Source: Guillardia theta CCMP2712 (Eukaryota; Protista; Cryptophyta). From it: a DNA stretch of 64,000 bases. Every line of letters begins with the position of its first letter. The stretch's first letter is position 1. The stretch is taken from contig NW_005434654.1 in NCBI RefSeq assembly GCF_000315625.1, positions 66,273-130,272 on the forward strand. The letters are read 5' to 3'. This document shows, piece after piece, positions 23,899 through 36,109 of the stretch. The position numbers and the translations under genes are program-made. The notes beneath the pieces were generated by a model. That model was not told the DNA's origin. It did not search any database and was given only the letters and a program-made list of their open reading frames with translations.

Positions 23899-24500
23899 TG
23901 GGAATTTCACTTGATAGAACAACCTGGACTGACAGTCATGGTGCTTGTCTCTGCTCTCCTCAGCCACGATGGAACACAGCTCGCATATCTGAAACTTCCT
24001 TCAAGGCTGTGAAGACTCTAACGCTAGTAGACTAGTAGATCGAACCTGTAACTAAGAATAAACTCAGTGACTTCATTTGAGTAGCCATAACAATCCGCCG
24101 GGACACCCCCGATCTGAGCTCACTGTCAATGCTCGCATAGCAGAGCCTGACCCATGTCGGTCGGACTATTAGAACTTGAGACCCCGACCGTGGTAGTGCT
24201 CAGCATGAGAGCGAAGATCGCACGAGAATCGACCCACGGATTCCTCCATGCGAACAAGTTCCGTGGGAGGCGGGATTTTTGATGTGCATGTATAGAAGAA
24301 TTAGGATATCATGGAATTTGTTTCAAGGTGTACCATGTTGCTCCTCTAATGACAGCTCATCTCTCAGCGCTTCTCTGATGTTTGCGGTACATGGCATGTT
24401 ACTTTGACAAGGTTGACTATGATCGGGTGACAACTGAGAGCAATATTTGTAGATTCACTTGACTCCCTTTCGTGACTTTTATTGCAAAATCCCAAACCGT

Positions 24501-25576
24501 TTACCGAAGACGACGTGCCTCACGCTCGGACTCAAGCAATACAAGGATGTCTCCTTCACGCACTGGCCCCTGCGATGCTGTGAGGGAGGGTCAAGGGCAA
24601 GAGAGCGGCACGGACCTTAACGTTGCGAATAATTGAACGATTTACATCGTCCAAGAACTCAACGCGGACCTGGGTTACTGTACCTCGCGAACCAGTGCGC
24701 CCCAACACGTTCTTAACCCTAGCCAGTTTCGGACGGGAATCAAGTTTATCCTGTCAACATCATCAGCGCCAAGATATGAGGCAGCACTGGCCGACGCTAC
24801 GAGAGCCATCGAACATTCAATGACATCATGCCAATCGTCATGCACAAACTTTCAACTGCAGCACTTATGTTTGAGATATCAATTTGATAGAGCCAACAAC
24901 AGTCTTGCGATCAATCAAATGGCTATGAGGTTCCTCGCAAGATCAATGACGTTGTTCGTGTTCAAACGTGAATTGAAACATAAAGATGACGCTGACATCA
25001 TATTGCAGAATGTAACACGTATCACAACCAGAGTGCCTCTCAAATTCAGCACAACATCTCGATCAACACTCAGCCCATGGGGCGATTTCACAAAGCACGA
25101 AGGAATGTCAGAGGCAGTAAACGCACAACCAAGGGGTTTCTTCTAACGAAAGGCTTTCAAACACATAAAGCTTGAAAACGATGCCTATCGATTCGCATTC
25201 CTTCAACATCACACGAGAGACATCTCAGAATTATCTTATTGCCCACCAAGCCACACATAGCTGATCATCATCTCTATATCACTTCTTCATTCGATGGTAC
25301 ATAACATGAACTAGAGCATTGTTCAAGAGTTTTCATAATGATCAGAAACGATAAGGAATGCATTCATGCAAACACTGTGCGAAGCTCAAGGCAACCGTCA
25401 ATAGTAGCTGCCATGCACACTACTGCATCACACTTGAAGAAGGACAGAGAAAGAACGAACAAGACCGTAATGAAAGCATGGTACAAACAATCATTGATCA
25501 GAATCACATCATGATGCATAGAAACTTCGGCCTCTCCTCCGCCTCCCCCATGCCCTCTTATGCTGCTGCTCACCAT
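24501..25576 (-). CDS. RPS28: 40S ribosomal protein S28 (eS28); exons 25574-25576, 24616-24750, 24501-24569
   Basis: Spliced product [72 protein letters not shown] introns. Not in the supplied ORF track. Confidence 0.93.
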
Positions 25577-26192
25577 TTCCACGAGCGCTCTCCGGGGGGG
25601 CGCGTGCGGCTTCTCTTTTTTTACCAGTCCGTTACGTCGCCGTTGTCGTGTTAGTAAAATTCGTTACAACAACCGTTGGAAATCGTTGAAGATCCGTTAA
25701 TTCTATGCCTTGCCTCCTGTTCCAGTCTGGAGACTACTACGAGGAGGGGTAGAATAGACGGAAAATATGGGGGTACTTGCACGGGATCTGAGGAGGGTGG
25801 TTGAAGTGAAAATGCGGTAGCCATGGCGGGAGTCTGCTGAGAGCGATTTGCGGGTATGTAAGAGCATCGTTGGATGTTTGAGAGGTTGACATGAACTCAT
25901 ATCCATGCAAGTAGCGTCTAAGAATGTTAATGACTTTCTCATTGCACGAGAAAGCAGAGATGTTTCATGGAGAGTCTTGTGTTAAGATGCATCTTCGTGG
26001 GTGTGCTGTGGCATGTAGTGGATGTTATGAAACCAGAGATGTGATATTTATGTCGACATGATAATGATGGAACACGATGCCTTGCTATCTTTGTTTTGGT
26101 TCATGCGATCCGTAGGATTTGATCGAATTTGACATCAGGAACATGATCATCTCAAGCCGCCCGTGTTTCATGCTGAGCTGAAGGATCGGAAG

Positions 26193-28604
26193 ATGGATCC
26201 AACGATCGATGACTTTGTCGATGAAAGCTTTGAGGTCGACAGGTTCGTGGTCCAGTATCTGGGAGCTCAAGATGACAACGACGACAACCTGGTCGGTTCC
26301 TTGATAGGCGACGCCTCGCTGCTGGATGCCGAGGACTTGCTCATCAAGGTCGGCAAATGCTGCCAGCATGTGGATAGTCTGAGACAAGATGCTCGGCTGC
26401 GGCTGCAAGAAGCGTCCAAGAATGCTGACTCGCTGTATTGGACTCACACGAACAGGGTAAGGTCGTTGAAGGTCGAGTCGCAACTGGTTCTGGAGAGGGT
26501 GCAGAATCTTGAGTCGGAGATCTCCACGGTTGGCAGCAAGGCAGTGAATGTTGGGAGGAGACTGGACCAGGTGAACAGACAAAGACGAAGAGCCCAAGAA
26601 GCATCCAAGGCGATCAAGATATACGACAAACTCTGCGGGGAGGAGGAGGACGATGAAGTGCTGCAGATGCTGGTTCCCAGGCAGGGAAAGCAGGACCTGA
26701 TGCACTCTGCTTTGATGATACGCAAGGTGGAAGCAGCTGTGAAGAGCAGCACGAGTGAAGGGCACGAGAGGGCTAAAGTAAAGCTTGAGGAGGCGAAGAA
26801 AAGATTCGAGCACTTCACGTTGCAGTGCTTTGATGACGCGAACGAGGTCTTCGAAGGGTCCAGAAATCCTTCAGCCCTGCACGAGATGAAACACAGTGCA
26901 GAAGCTCTGACATGGTTCAATGGTGGACAGACAATCGTGCAACATTACATAGCGACGCGAAAGTTCTTCATCGACCCAACCTACATCCTCCAAGACAGGG
27001 CAGAGATAGACCAGTTGGATTCTTTGAAGTCAGCTTCATCGATCTTGGATCGAATCGTGGATGAGTTGGTCGACTTTGCTGACCATGAGGTCACAGTGAT
27101 CCCGCAGATCTTCCCCAACACTGAGAGGGTGATGATTGCTCTGGTACAACGAATGTGCCTTGAACGGTTACAACCGGCCATAGAGGGATTGCTGGACAAC
27201 ACGATGGAGCAGTTTGGGCTGCATGATTGGCTAGAGTTGTTAGAGAACGTCGTCTGCTCATGCCAGCGTCTTCATCACAGCCTAGGAACAGACAAGCACG
27301 AGACTGGGGAAGTCATGAGCCAGCAAGCCTTGGACGAGGTCAGAAACCTCATAGAAGACTCACTACTTCAGTATCGCGATGCTTTCCTTGCGCGGCAGCT
27401 GGAGGCGCTCCAGGTTGACCTGCAGCGTTACTTTCCTCAGTGGACGGACGAGCATGTCGGGATATTCCTCAACGACGAATCTTCCATGCAGCAAGGAAAG
27501 AGGGAAACTCCCCCTTCCACACAAGAGCCAGAAGCCATGGCGCTGTCGGACGTGGCGCTCAGGTCGGACATGCCCGATGGCATCGAACAGAAACGATCCA
27601 TGCTCGTGCATACTGCCATGATCGACGATGCGCTATCAAGAGTGGGTCAAGCTGTCAAGCGATGTCTGAGGGTTCTGGAGGACGAGCGCAGACCGCAGGC
27701 TCTCCAGGCGCTGATAACCGCTCTGGTGGACAAGATGAATGAGTTTCTCTTCTCGGCTGTGCGGTACGCGTCATCCATGATCAAGCAGGAGCTGGCGGCC
27801 AACAAGGAGCCGTCGGTTGCGATCGTGTGCTACTTTGTCGTCTACTCCTCGAAGAAGCTCCAAGACTTCTCGGCAGCTGAGGTAGTCCCCTACTCCTCGT
27901 CCGACGTCCGAGCCCATGCAGCCATCACAGACGTACTCTCCAAGGCGATGACGTGGACTGAGAGCGCGACGTCTCATCTCGCGACTACATACGCCAAGAG
28001 CCTTCTCAGCTTCTTCGAGTCAACGTTGCAGAAACAACCGAAGACCGACTTCCTGCACGTCAAGAGCTCGGGGGAAGAGCTTGGGCATCTCCCTACCGAT
28101 ACATGCGTGACGTGCGTCAAAACCCTACGGGTAGCGAGAGACGCGTGGCTGTACAACGGGCCAACCCCTCTGCACGGCAAGAAGACGTCCTTCGACAAAT
28201 ACAAGAAGTTTGTCAGCTCAGCTGAGAGGTCCCTCGATGTCAACACGCTGAAACTCTTCTCCTCCATCGCAGATCGCCTCCATCAAACCTTCTCGCGCCA
28301 CATCTGCCGCTTCACCTATTCGCAGGAGGGAGGTCTCCGCCTCCTCCAAGACCTCAAGCAGTATCAGCAGATCGTGGGAGATCTCTTCGCTCACGGGCAC
28401 GCAAAGGAGATCGAGGAGCTCCGTGAGGCTGCCAACGTGCTCGTACTGTCCTTGCACAACGTGGAGCTGATGGTGAAGGAGAACGCATGGAGGGAGGAAG
28501 ACAGAGATCGTATCATTGACATGATCATCATGAGATCTGACTGGTCTTCTCTTCGTCCGAAGGTGATCCAGAAGCTACGAGCCTTTCGGCCGGATCTCAA
28601 ATGA
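26193..28604 (+). CDS. SEC10: Exocyst complex component Sec10 (EXOC5)
   Basis: About 800-aa intronless helical ORF. Typical features: VGRRLDQVNRQRRRAQEASKAIKIY, FNGGQTIVQHYIATRKFF, IPQIFPNTERVMIALVQR, HICRFTYSQEGGLRLLQDLKQY, LREAANVLVL. Confidence 0.85.
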   Translation: MDPTIDDFVDESFEVDRFVVQYLGAQDDNDDNLVGSLIGDASLLDAEDLLIKVGKCCQHVDSLRQDARLRLQEASKNADSLYWTHTNRVRSLKVESQLVLERVQNLESEISTVGSKAVNVGRRLDQVNRQRRRAQEASKAIKIYDKLCGEEEDDEVLQMLVPRQGKQDLMHSALMIRKVEAAVKSSTSEGHERAKVKLEEAKKRFEHFTLQCFDDANEVFEGSRNPSALHEMKHSAEALTWFNGGQTIVQHYIATRKFFIDPTYILQDRAEIDQLDSLKSASSILDRIVDELVDFADHEVTVIPQIFPNTERVMIALVQRMCLERLQPAIEGLLDNTMEQFGLHDWLELLENVVCSCQRLHHSLGTDKHETGEVMSQQALDEVRNLIEDSLLQYRDAFLARQLEALQVDLQRYFPQWTDEHVGIFLNDESSMQQGKRETPPSTQEPEAMALSDVALRSDMPDGIEQKRSMLVHTAMIDDALSRVGQAVKRCLRVLEDERRPQALQALITALVDKMNEFLFSAVRYASSMIKQELAANKEPSVAIVCYFVVYSSKKLQDFSAAEVVPYSSSDVRAHAAITDVLSKAMTWTESATSHLATTYAKSLLSFFESTLQKQPKTDFLHVKSSGEELGHLPTDTCVTCVKTLRVARDAWLYNGPTPLHGKKTSFDKYKKFVSSAERSLDVNTLKLFSSIADRLHQTFSRHICRFTYSQEGGLRLLQDLKQYQQIVGDLFAHGHAKEIEELREAANVLVLSLHNVELMVKENAWREEDRDRIIDMIIMRSDWSSLRPKVIQKLRAFRPDLK

Positions 28605-28692
28605 GACATGTACATTGATAGCATTGCACTCCTCGCATCGTAAAACAGTACAAGTTCAACCCCCGGATACATCACACATATTAGAATTGTAG

Positions 28693-30129
28693 TCTAGACT
28701 CGAGCAAAGGGAGAAGACGGTACTGTGAAGTCATAACCGTCATCATAACTGTCATCAACGTCGCTGAGCTCTTGCAGATTGCCCTGTCAGAGCCTGTCAC
28801 AACGAGACAAACCAACATCCTCGTCACAAACCGCATCGGCTGCTTGCTCTCGGACACCTCCTCTCCAACTTTTCCCCTCTTCTCTCCTGTAGCTTGCAGG
28901 TCAATGCTGCTATCACACTGAGATGAAAACACACCTGGCTCTCTTCACCTCCGTCCCACTCTCAGCCCATCCCCTTGGAGCTTCACCCTTTCCATATTCT
29001 GCCCGCGCGTTGTCATCGGACGGGAAGTCACGCGGTCTGAATTTCTCCAGCTCGGGATTTGCGCGTAGCAAGGACTTCATGAAGGACTGCCAGGAGTATG
29101 AGCAACTTCAACCTTGTCTTCGTGCTCACCGTCAGAGATTGAATCTTGCGATCTCGCTTGCTCGCCAACGCATGTCCCTGCCGCTCGAGGTACTCGCGCA
29201 TCTGCTCTTCTCTTGCCTTCCTCTCCAGCTCAGCTTGCTTTCTTTGCGCCTTCTCCGCAAGTCTCGCTTTTGCCAGGGCCTGCCACCAAACTCAGCATCC
29301 TCAAGTCCTGAAATCTCCCTCAGACCTGTCGGAACGCCTTCTGGCGAGCAGCATCCTGCTTGAATGCATCGGCAAGGCGAGTCGTTTGCTTCTTATCCTC
29401 CGACAGAGCGATCTCCTCCAGCTTTGTGTGTTTCTGCTTCCCCAATTAGTTCGCTCAACACGAGAAGAGCAACCGCACCTGGAGAAGGGTTCTCACTTCC
29501 TGGTCAGCCCTAGAAAGCTCCTTTGCTGTCTTTTGAGCAGCTTCCTCAGACGAGAATCTCGCCTCTTCCGCAGATTTCTTGGCGCTTGAAGTAGTTTTCA
29601 CTAGCTCTAATGAGGTCTTATACTTTTCTCCCACTGTCATTTTAGTCTTTTTCGCCTCGTTGAATTCCCCTGTGGCCTTGGCAGCCAAAGCTTCCATTGC
29701 TTTTGCGATCTTTTCCGCCTTGTCTGCTACAGCTTTCTTTTCTGAGACAATCTGAGAGTCTATTTCAAACTTCTCCTTGAGATGTCTCTTTAAATTGGCT
29801 GCTTCTGCTGCCTTCTGGGCGGCTTTGGCATACTCCTTGTATGTTTCTTCTTCAACTTTCTTAGCTTTCTCATTCTTTTCTGCTATCTCATTTCGCTTGG
29901 CCTGAACCTGTTCATCAAACAGCTTAGAGACTTTAGAAAGGGGTTGTAAAGAACAAACCTGACGGAGTTTGTAATCGACCAACTCTTGAGTCTCCCTTGC
30001 CCCAACAATGTTCGCCATGTTATCAGAGTCATCCACAAGTCTCGCCGTCAAGTCTGCATTAATAGAACCAACACAACAATACATGATCGCAATTATGATA
30101 AGAGCTCCGTGCATGGCCTTTAAGGCCAT
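28693..30129 (-). CDS. Signal-peptide-bearing Lys/Glu/Ala-rich coiled-coil protein, multi-exon
   Basis: MALKAMHGALIIIAIMYCCVGSINA signal-like N-terminus, followed by a long coiled-coil exon and further in-frame exons. 3' end approximate. Confidence 0.6.
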
Positions 30130-30467
30130 GGTTGAAGCAATTCAGGTGTACAGCTCAAGTGGCTTCCGATACCGAACAAGACCTCGCAGAGGCTCTTCTG
30201 CTGAAGTGAAGATAGGCTTGGGAAGTTTACAATCGAATTAAGCTCCTCTTCTCTCGTTATTCTCTTTCCTTGCTCGCTTCTGCTCCCTGTCCCTCCTTTC
30301 ACCGTTGCGCCGACGTATGCATTGGCGCTGGAAATAGAGCGGTTGACTAATTCAATTAATCAGTTGGGGGATGAGGGGCAACGATGGAGATGAGGGGGAT
30401 GAAGACTTGCACGAGCGGGGATGAGGGTATTGTGAACTCCCGCTCACGTCGTCCGCTGACCATGGTA

Positions 30468-30604
<137 letters not shown>

Positions 30605-30909
30605 TCTCCTCTCTTCCTCCTTATCATCGTCTTCCTCATTCATATTTTTCAAATCTTCCTTTTTGCTCTGCTCTCCTCTTCTTCTCCTGTCCTCGCTCGC
30701 CATTGATCTTCAATTTCTCTTGTGCTGGCGAATAATTTATTCCTCCTCTCTAGATCTCATCGCATTGTTCCTGAAGCGCATCCTCTTACTCTCTTCCTTC
30801 ACCGCCAAACTTAGCGCAACGTGTGTGGTCAAGAACTTTTCGACAGCTGCGCTCCAAGCCCTGGTCTGATCTGAACAGGAGGTTTTGAAACATAGCAGGT
30901 GGCCTCACC

Positions 30910-31527
30910 ATGTCAGTCCAAGAGCAGATTGTTGGCATAGGAGTTGTCCTCGAGCCGTCTGCTACTGGTAATCTTCAGGTCACCAAGCTTGTTCCTGGGG
31001 GGCCTGCCCAGATGCAGGGAGGAATGGCAGTCGGGGATGTGCTCATTGCAGTCGACGGGTCGGACGTGCGAGGAATGTCGCTGGACAAGGTTGCCCCGTT
31101 GATCAGAGGGAGCGTGGGGACTCAAGTCTCGCTCACCATCCTCAGGCCCGGGAGCTCTGAGAGCGTCTCCGTCACTCTCACCCGGCAGCCCACAGCCAAG
31201 CTGGTGGGCTTGTCTTCTGGGCGTGAGAGGATGCCGAAGGATGACGGGGCAGCGCATGGGGGATCGTTTGAAGAGACGATCCCTAAGCAGACCCTCGACA
31301 AGCTGAGGCAACTTCGCCTGACCATGGAGCAGGAGAGGATTGCTGTGGCCAAGGAGCGAGAGCAGTCGGCAAGGATGCAAGCGACGCTCGAAGACCAAGT
31401 GGAGAAGTTGGAGAGTCGATGCAAGCAGCTGCTGCAAGCCCTTGAAGACCTGAGTGAGGGAAAGACAACTCACATTGACTGCGGTCATCGATACCTCGTT
31501 CCATGGTGCTCCAAGTGTAATGCTTGA
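30910..31527 (+). CDS. PDZ domain + coiled-coil protein
   Basis: VGIGVVLE..LQVTKLVPGGPAQMQGGMAVGDVLIAVDGSDVRGMSLDKVAPLIRGSVGTQVSLTILR, followed by a heptad-rich segment. Confidence 0.85.
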   Translation: MSVQEQIVGIGVVLEPSATGNLQVTKLVPGGPAQMQGGMAVGDVLIAVDGSDVRGMSLDKVAPLIRGSVGTQVSLTILRPGSSESVSVTLTRQPTAKLVGLSSGRERMPKDDGAAHGGSFEETIPKQTLDKLRQLRLTMEQERIAVAKEREQSARMQATLEDQVEKLESRCKQLLQALEDLSEGKTTHIDCGHRYLVPWCSKCNA

Positions 31528-31978
31528 GCCCTCGATAGGCCTTCCTCGACAACTACAGTTCGCTCTGACTTACCAAGGTTGTAAGATTTTGATGTTATCA
31601 GTCACAGACATGTCTCTCAAACAAGTTCATAGATTGTTATGTATCTTGTATGATCCTCTCAGGCCAATATGATTACAAAGTAGGATCTGAACACTTTTGA
31701 TGTAATCCAAAATATGTGATGTAATCGACAAGACACAGTCCGTTTCTCATTCCTTCTTCTCGCCTCTTCACTCGCAGCACTCATGCATTCATACTGCAAA
31801 TCTCAAAACAAAGAACTGGGCTCAGCGGCAAGGACAACTCTTGATAAAGCCGCTTCGCATTCAAGCGAAATTGGAAATCAAGTAGGGAAAAACTTTATGC
31901 CGGCAGCGAGATACAAGAATGAAACAAACGACATGCGGCAAGAGATACAAGTACAGAGATCAAAGTTTGCTAGCGCTG

Positions 31979-32567
31979 TCATGACTCAATGTAGGTGATG
32001 CTATCAGCATCGGTGATGTAGGATACCGAAGCCATGATGTGCTCGTAGGCAGCCTCTTTCGTCCTGAACGTTACCGTCAGCAATGACTTGAGAATGCACA
32101 GAAGCTTTTCACTCACTCAAACTCAGCAGCCCCACTGTCTTTCGGATATCCTTTCTTCGCATCTGTTCCCAGCTGCTCATACGCGACTTTCCTTCCTTTG
32201 TAGACGGTTGCTGTAGTGGGGACGGCGACGTAGATGGGGTCGAAGCAATCCTCGTAAGTCTTGCCCTTGTGCTTCCCCTCCACGTGGTTCATCAGATCCT
32301 GCTCATTCTGAGTGCACATGAACGCCTGCTTGCAGATCTTGCATTTGATCGACATGGCCTTAGCATTGTTCCCGAGCTGCGAGCTGGACAAACAGTAAGC
32401 AACATGGCATGGAGGCACTCCCAGACAGGTCAAGGAGATGGGGAAGAAGAGGGAAGGTGCAGCAGGAGCATGCAAGCTCAAACTTACGCTCCTCCTTGCG
32501 CTGCTCGTAGCTTCGCTTGGTTACGCTCACGCGAGATCGCCGTCTTCTGCGCATTGCCGCCACCCAT
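31979..32567 (-). CDS. At2g23090/ZNF706-like small zinc-finger protein, three exons
   Basis: Spliced product MGGGNAQKTAISRERNQAKLRAAQGG..SQLGNNAKAMSIKCKICKQAFMCTQNEQDLMNHVEGKH..CF..., TGA at 31979-31981. Confidence 0.85.
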
Positions 32568-33146
32568 TGTTCGCTGTTCTTCGCACGAGGGGAACGGACA
32601 GGGCCACCCGTCAACTTAGCCCATTTTGTGTGGTAAGAGGGTAGGTGGGGGTATATGTATGGCCCCCCCAGAGTACCAGCAATAAAATTGAGTAAACGTA
32701 TGTTGTCTAGTCGTTCTACATGGATACACTGACGTCATCTGTTCCTCTAAACCATCGTAGTGACTTGAACTTGGCCGTCTGCGCCTCCAAGCTCAAGCTT
32801 CTCCCACCTCCTCCGCTCGCCCTCACTCCTGCCCCTGCCCCTGCCCCTGCCCTCTCCTCTGCGGTTTCAGTCTGTCCCTCCCCGTCTACGTCTTAACTCG
32901 AACAGCCTCTCACCCTCGACTAATCACACTCGTCGAAGCTCGTGAGTCGATCAAGCTCGTCCCTTCGCGTTCTAGAGCTCAGTTGGAGTTCACGCTGGTT
33001 GTAGCCCCGGAGCAGCCAAGTAAGTCGAGTCTTCTGACTGCCATCGGCTGCATGCGGACGAGGACAAGGGAGAGCTGATGGAAGTGTCACAGGATGCTTT
33101 CCTAATCATACTAGACAACAACCAGCGTTAGCTTGCTCGAGTATTC

Positions 33147-33490
33147 TCACTGCCCTGGAGGAGGGAAGATGTTGAGCACGTCAGTCTGAACCGGGAACGG
33201 TCTTGAGGGAGGAGGAGAGATTCCGACGGCAGAGCTGGTAGGTTGAGCGAAGGCTGAGTTGACTAGGTACTGCTGGACTGAGAGAGAAGGGAGTCTGAGC
33301 GACGGAGACGGTTGCATCAGATTTGATGTCCCCAGGAGAGGCTGAACGTGAGATCCTTCCGGTAGACCAGCGAGCTGTTGCTGGATGTTGACTACCTGCT
33401 GATGGTGCTGCTGCTGCTGCTGCTGCTGCTGATGGTGCTGCTGCTGCTGCTGCTGCTGCTGAAGTTGTAACAACATCTGCTGTCGTTGAA

Positions 33491-33529
<39 letters not shown>

Positions 33530-33592
33530 GTTGCTGCTGCTGGAGTTGCTGCTGATGCTGCTGCTGCTGCTGCTGAAGTTGCTGCTGCTGAA

Positions 33593-33628
<36 letters not shown>

Positions 33629-33687
33629 GTTGCTGCTGCTGATGGTGCTGCTGCTGCTGCTGATGGTGCTGCTGCTGCTGCTGATGG

Positions 33688-33724
<37 letters not shown>

Positions 33725-36109
33725 CAAGGTGCGCTGGTAACTGCTGAATTGACTGTTGCTGCTGAGGTGGCTGTTGCTGCTGCTTCATCAAGTACCTATA
33801 TTGAGCTGACGGGGTTGAGTCGTTTTGGAGGGCGGTCTGAGTTTGTTGTGAAGCTCGATGCGCAAGCAACACATTCTGATCCTGCATGGCGGCGGTTGGA
33901 AGTGCATGAGAGGATATTGATGACGAGTTGGTGTGCATAAGAGCAGTTGGTTCTTGATCAATTAACTTGCCTTGAATCAGCTGTGAAGTGGTGGCCATTG
34001 CCGTTGTCTGTGAGATGGGCAGGCTATCCACTCTCTGCCGCTTTCCCTCCATGCTCGCCTCCTCGAAAGGTCGTTGGTGTGAAATTATCGTCGATGCCAG
34101 AGCGGAACTTGTTCGAACTTGAAATGCTTGTGAAGCTGCTGAAGCTGCGTGGTTGTTCATTTCTGCTTCAGCTTTGGAGATTTTCTCCAAATATGCTTCC
34201 AGTCCGTTAATCAGTTTGTCATCCCACATCTCACAGAGCCTCTCGTCCGGCAGCAGCTCAGCAGCTTGTATGCCTGCTTCAGGGAGCTGCAAGATTTGAC
34301 AGTTTCGCAGGTCAACGATATCCTGCTTGTGGCCCTTGATCACCATCTGCAAGAACTCGACGGGGGACTGAGACAAGGCCTACACTAGTTGTCATTCTTG
34401 ACGGAAATACAACACCAACCTCCCCAAACCTGCATGAAATCCCTTTTCCGCTTGGCTTGGGCCATCTGAAACCCTCATCAGACACAAGAATCTCAAAGTA
34501 CGAAAGACCTTGGTGAAGATTTCCTGTATAGAAGCATCCAGTGCGTTGATCTCGTCGTTGAAATTGAGCAGCTTTGATGACAACCCTCCGACACGCACCG
34601 ACACATCCATGGCAGTGGAATGCAACTGCTTGCCCGACAGTCTAACGCGATGGGACATCTTGACAGGAGGATGTCCAACAGGAACCAGCCAGCGTTCGAT
34701 CAACGAAGAGATTTCAGTGAACTTGATGGATTCTTGTCGAAAGATCGTCCTCAGCTCTTCCTCGAATCTGATCTTGGTGATGTCGTCTGGATCATGCAGT
34801 TTCCTTGATTTAACATAACTAATGAAATGTCAGTACAACAGAGGAGTGAAGAAAGCGAAAGATCTTACTTCCAAAATGCCCGTACAAACTCCTGCTTGCT
34901 GCCGGTCTGGATTCCAAAAAAATCTGTCAAGGAATCGTCTGAAAATCTGAACAGACTGGTTGTCCGTCTACAAAAAGCAATTAGGTTCAGAAGATCAGAC
35001 TTGTTACAACCTCAGAAAGATTCGGACTTGAACTTCAATTTCTCTATCACAGGCAAAACCGGACCGGGTTAGCTCGACAACGTTCCCTGACTGGGTGTCG
35101 TCGTTTGCATTCCAAACATATTTAGAATCTTTGCCGAAAACATTGTCTGGAAGTTCTATCTCAATCTGAGGAATCGAAATAGAGATCAAAGATTCAGCAA
35201 AGATCGAAACATCAAAGGAATCAAACCTTTTCCAAGTAGTCACGCAGCGAAAACTGACCAGATTTTCTCCGAGGATTTTGCCCACCACATACAGGCTCCA
35301 TGCCGGAGGACCGAGCGACCCCGACGAGCCTGATGGGTCGTCGGCAGATCCAGGCTGCCCTGACTGATTCGTATACGTATTGCAAATGCATATCCGGGCA
35401 ATGCGGCGCAAAGAAGTCTTACTTGTGTTGGACCATTCTCGTAACTTTTGGATCCTAGATTGCTCCAAGGTAGTTTCCATGGATACCAGTTTGTTGTATA
35501 TCTTGCACTCTGGCACGATGGACAACCATGATAGGGGAAGTCTCCTTGCCGATTTTCTGTCAACTCCAGCAATGCTGGGCCTCACAGTCCTCTCATCTTT
35601 TTCGACCGAGTTCTGTCGATGCATGCTCGTACTCCCTTGCACCCCCTGCAGGTACCTGTTGTTGTGAGGTGTGTTCGACGAGCTCTGAGCACCTGGCGTA
35701 TTGTTGACTGGGTGCTGTTTCTGCAAGCCAACAGATGGAGAGTATCTCGGAGCATTGGCTGGTGGTCGTGAAATCTGTGTCGGAGTTCGCATCTGTGACG
35801 ATACGACGGGCGAAGGAACAGCAGCGGGGTACGATATCCGTACTGATGGGGAAGACATCGGAACTATCGCGGCAATATAGTGAGTCACAGAACAATGCAT
35901 TCGGCATTGCAAGCACCTTGTGGAGTCATGGTTGAGGGAGATTGCATGTTCGCCAGACTGTCTCGGCTAATCGTTCCAATCACGTTACTGTTGCTTGGAG
36001 CACCGTTCCATTGGCGGGCATACGGACTGTTCGATCCAATATGCTGCATAAATGGTTGAGCAAGCTGCCTGCCAATCATGTGGTTAGTAAGATCATACCA
36101 TTCAAACAC
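33147..36109 (-). CDS. SWI/SNF BAF60/SMARCD (Swp73)-like subunit with SWIB domain and C-terminal polyQ; 5' end approximate
   Basis: VPECKIYNKLVSMETTLEQ, RRIARICICNTY, WSLYVVGKIL, SWIB-like ITKIRFEEELRTIFRQESIKF, EINALDASIQE..KRDFMQ..SQSPVEFL, in the BAF60 order. Confidence 0.75.
33400..33785 (-). repeat. Coding (CAG)n tract giving polyQ of more than 100 Gln
   Basis: In frame within ORF 33147..34376. Confidence 0.9.
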
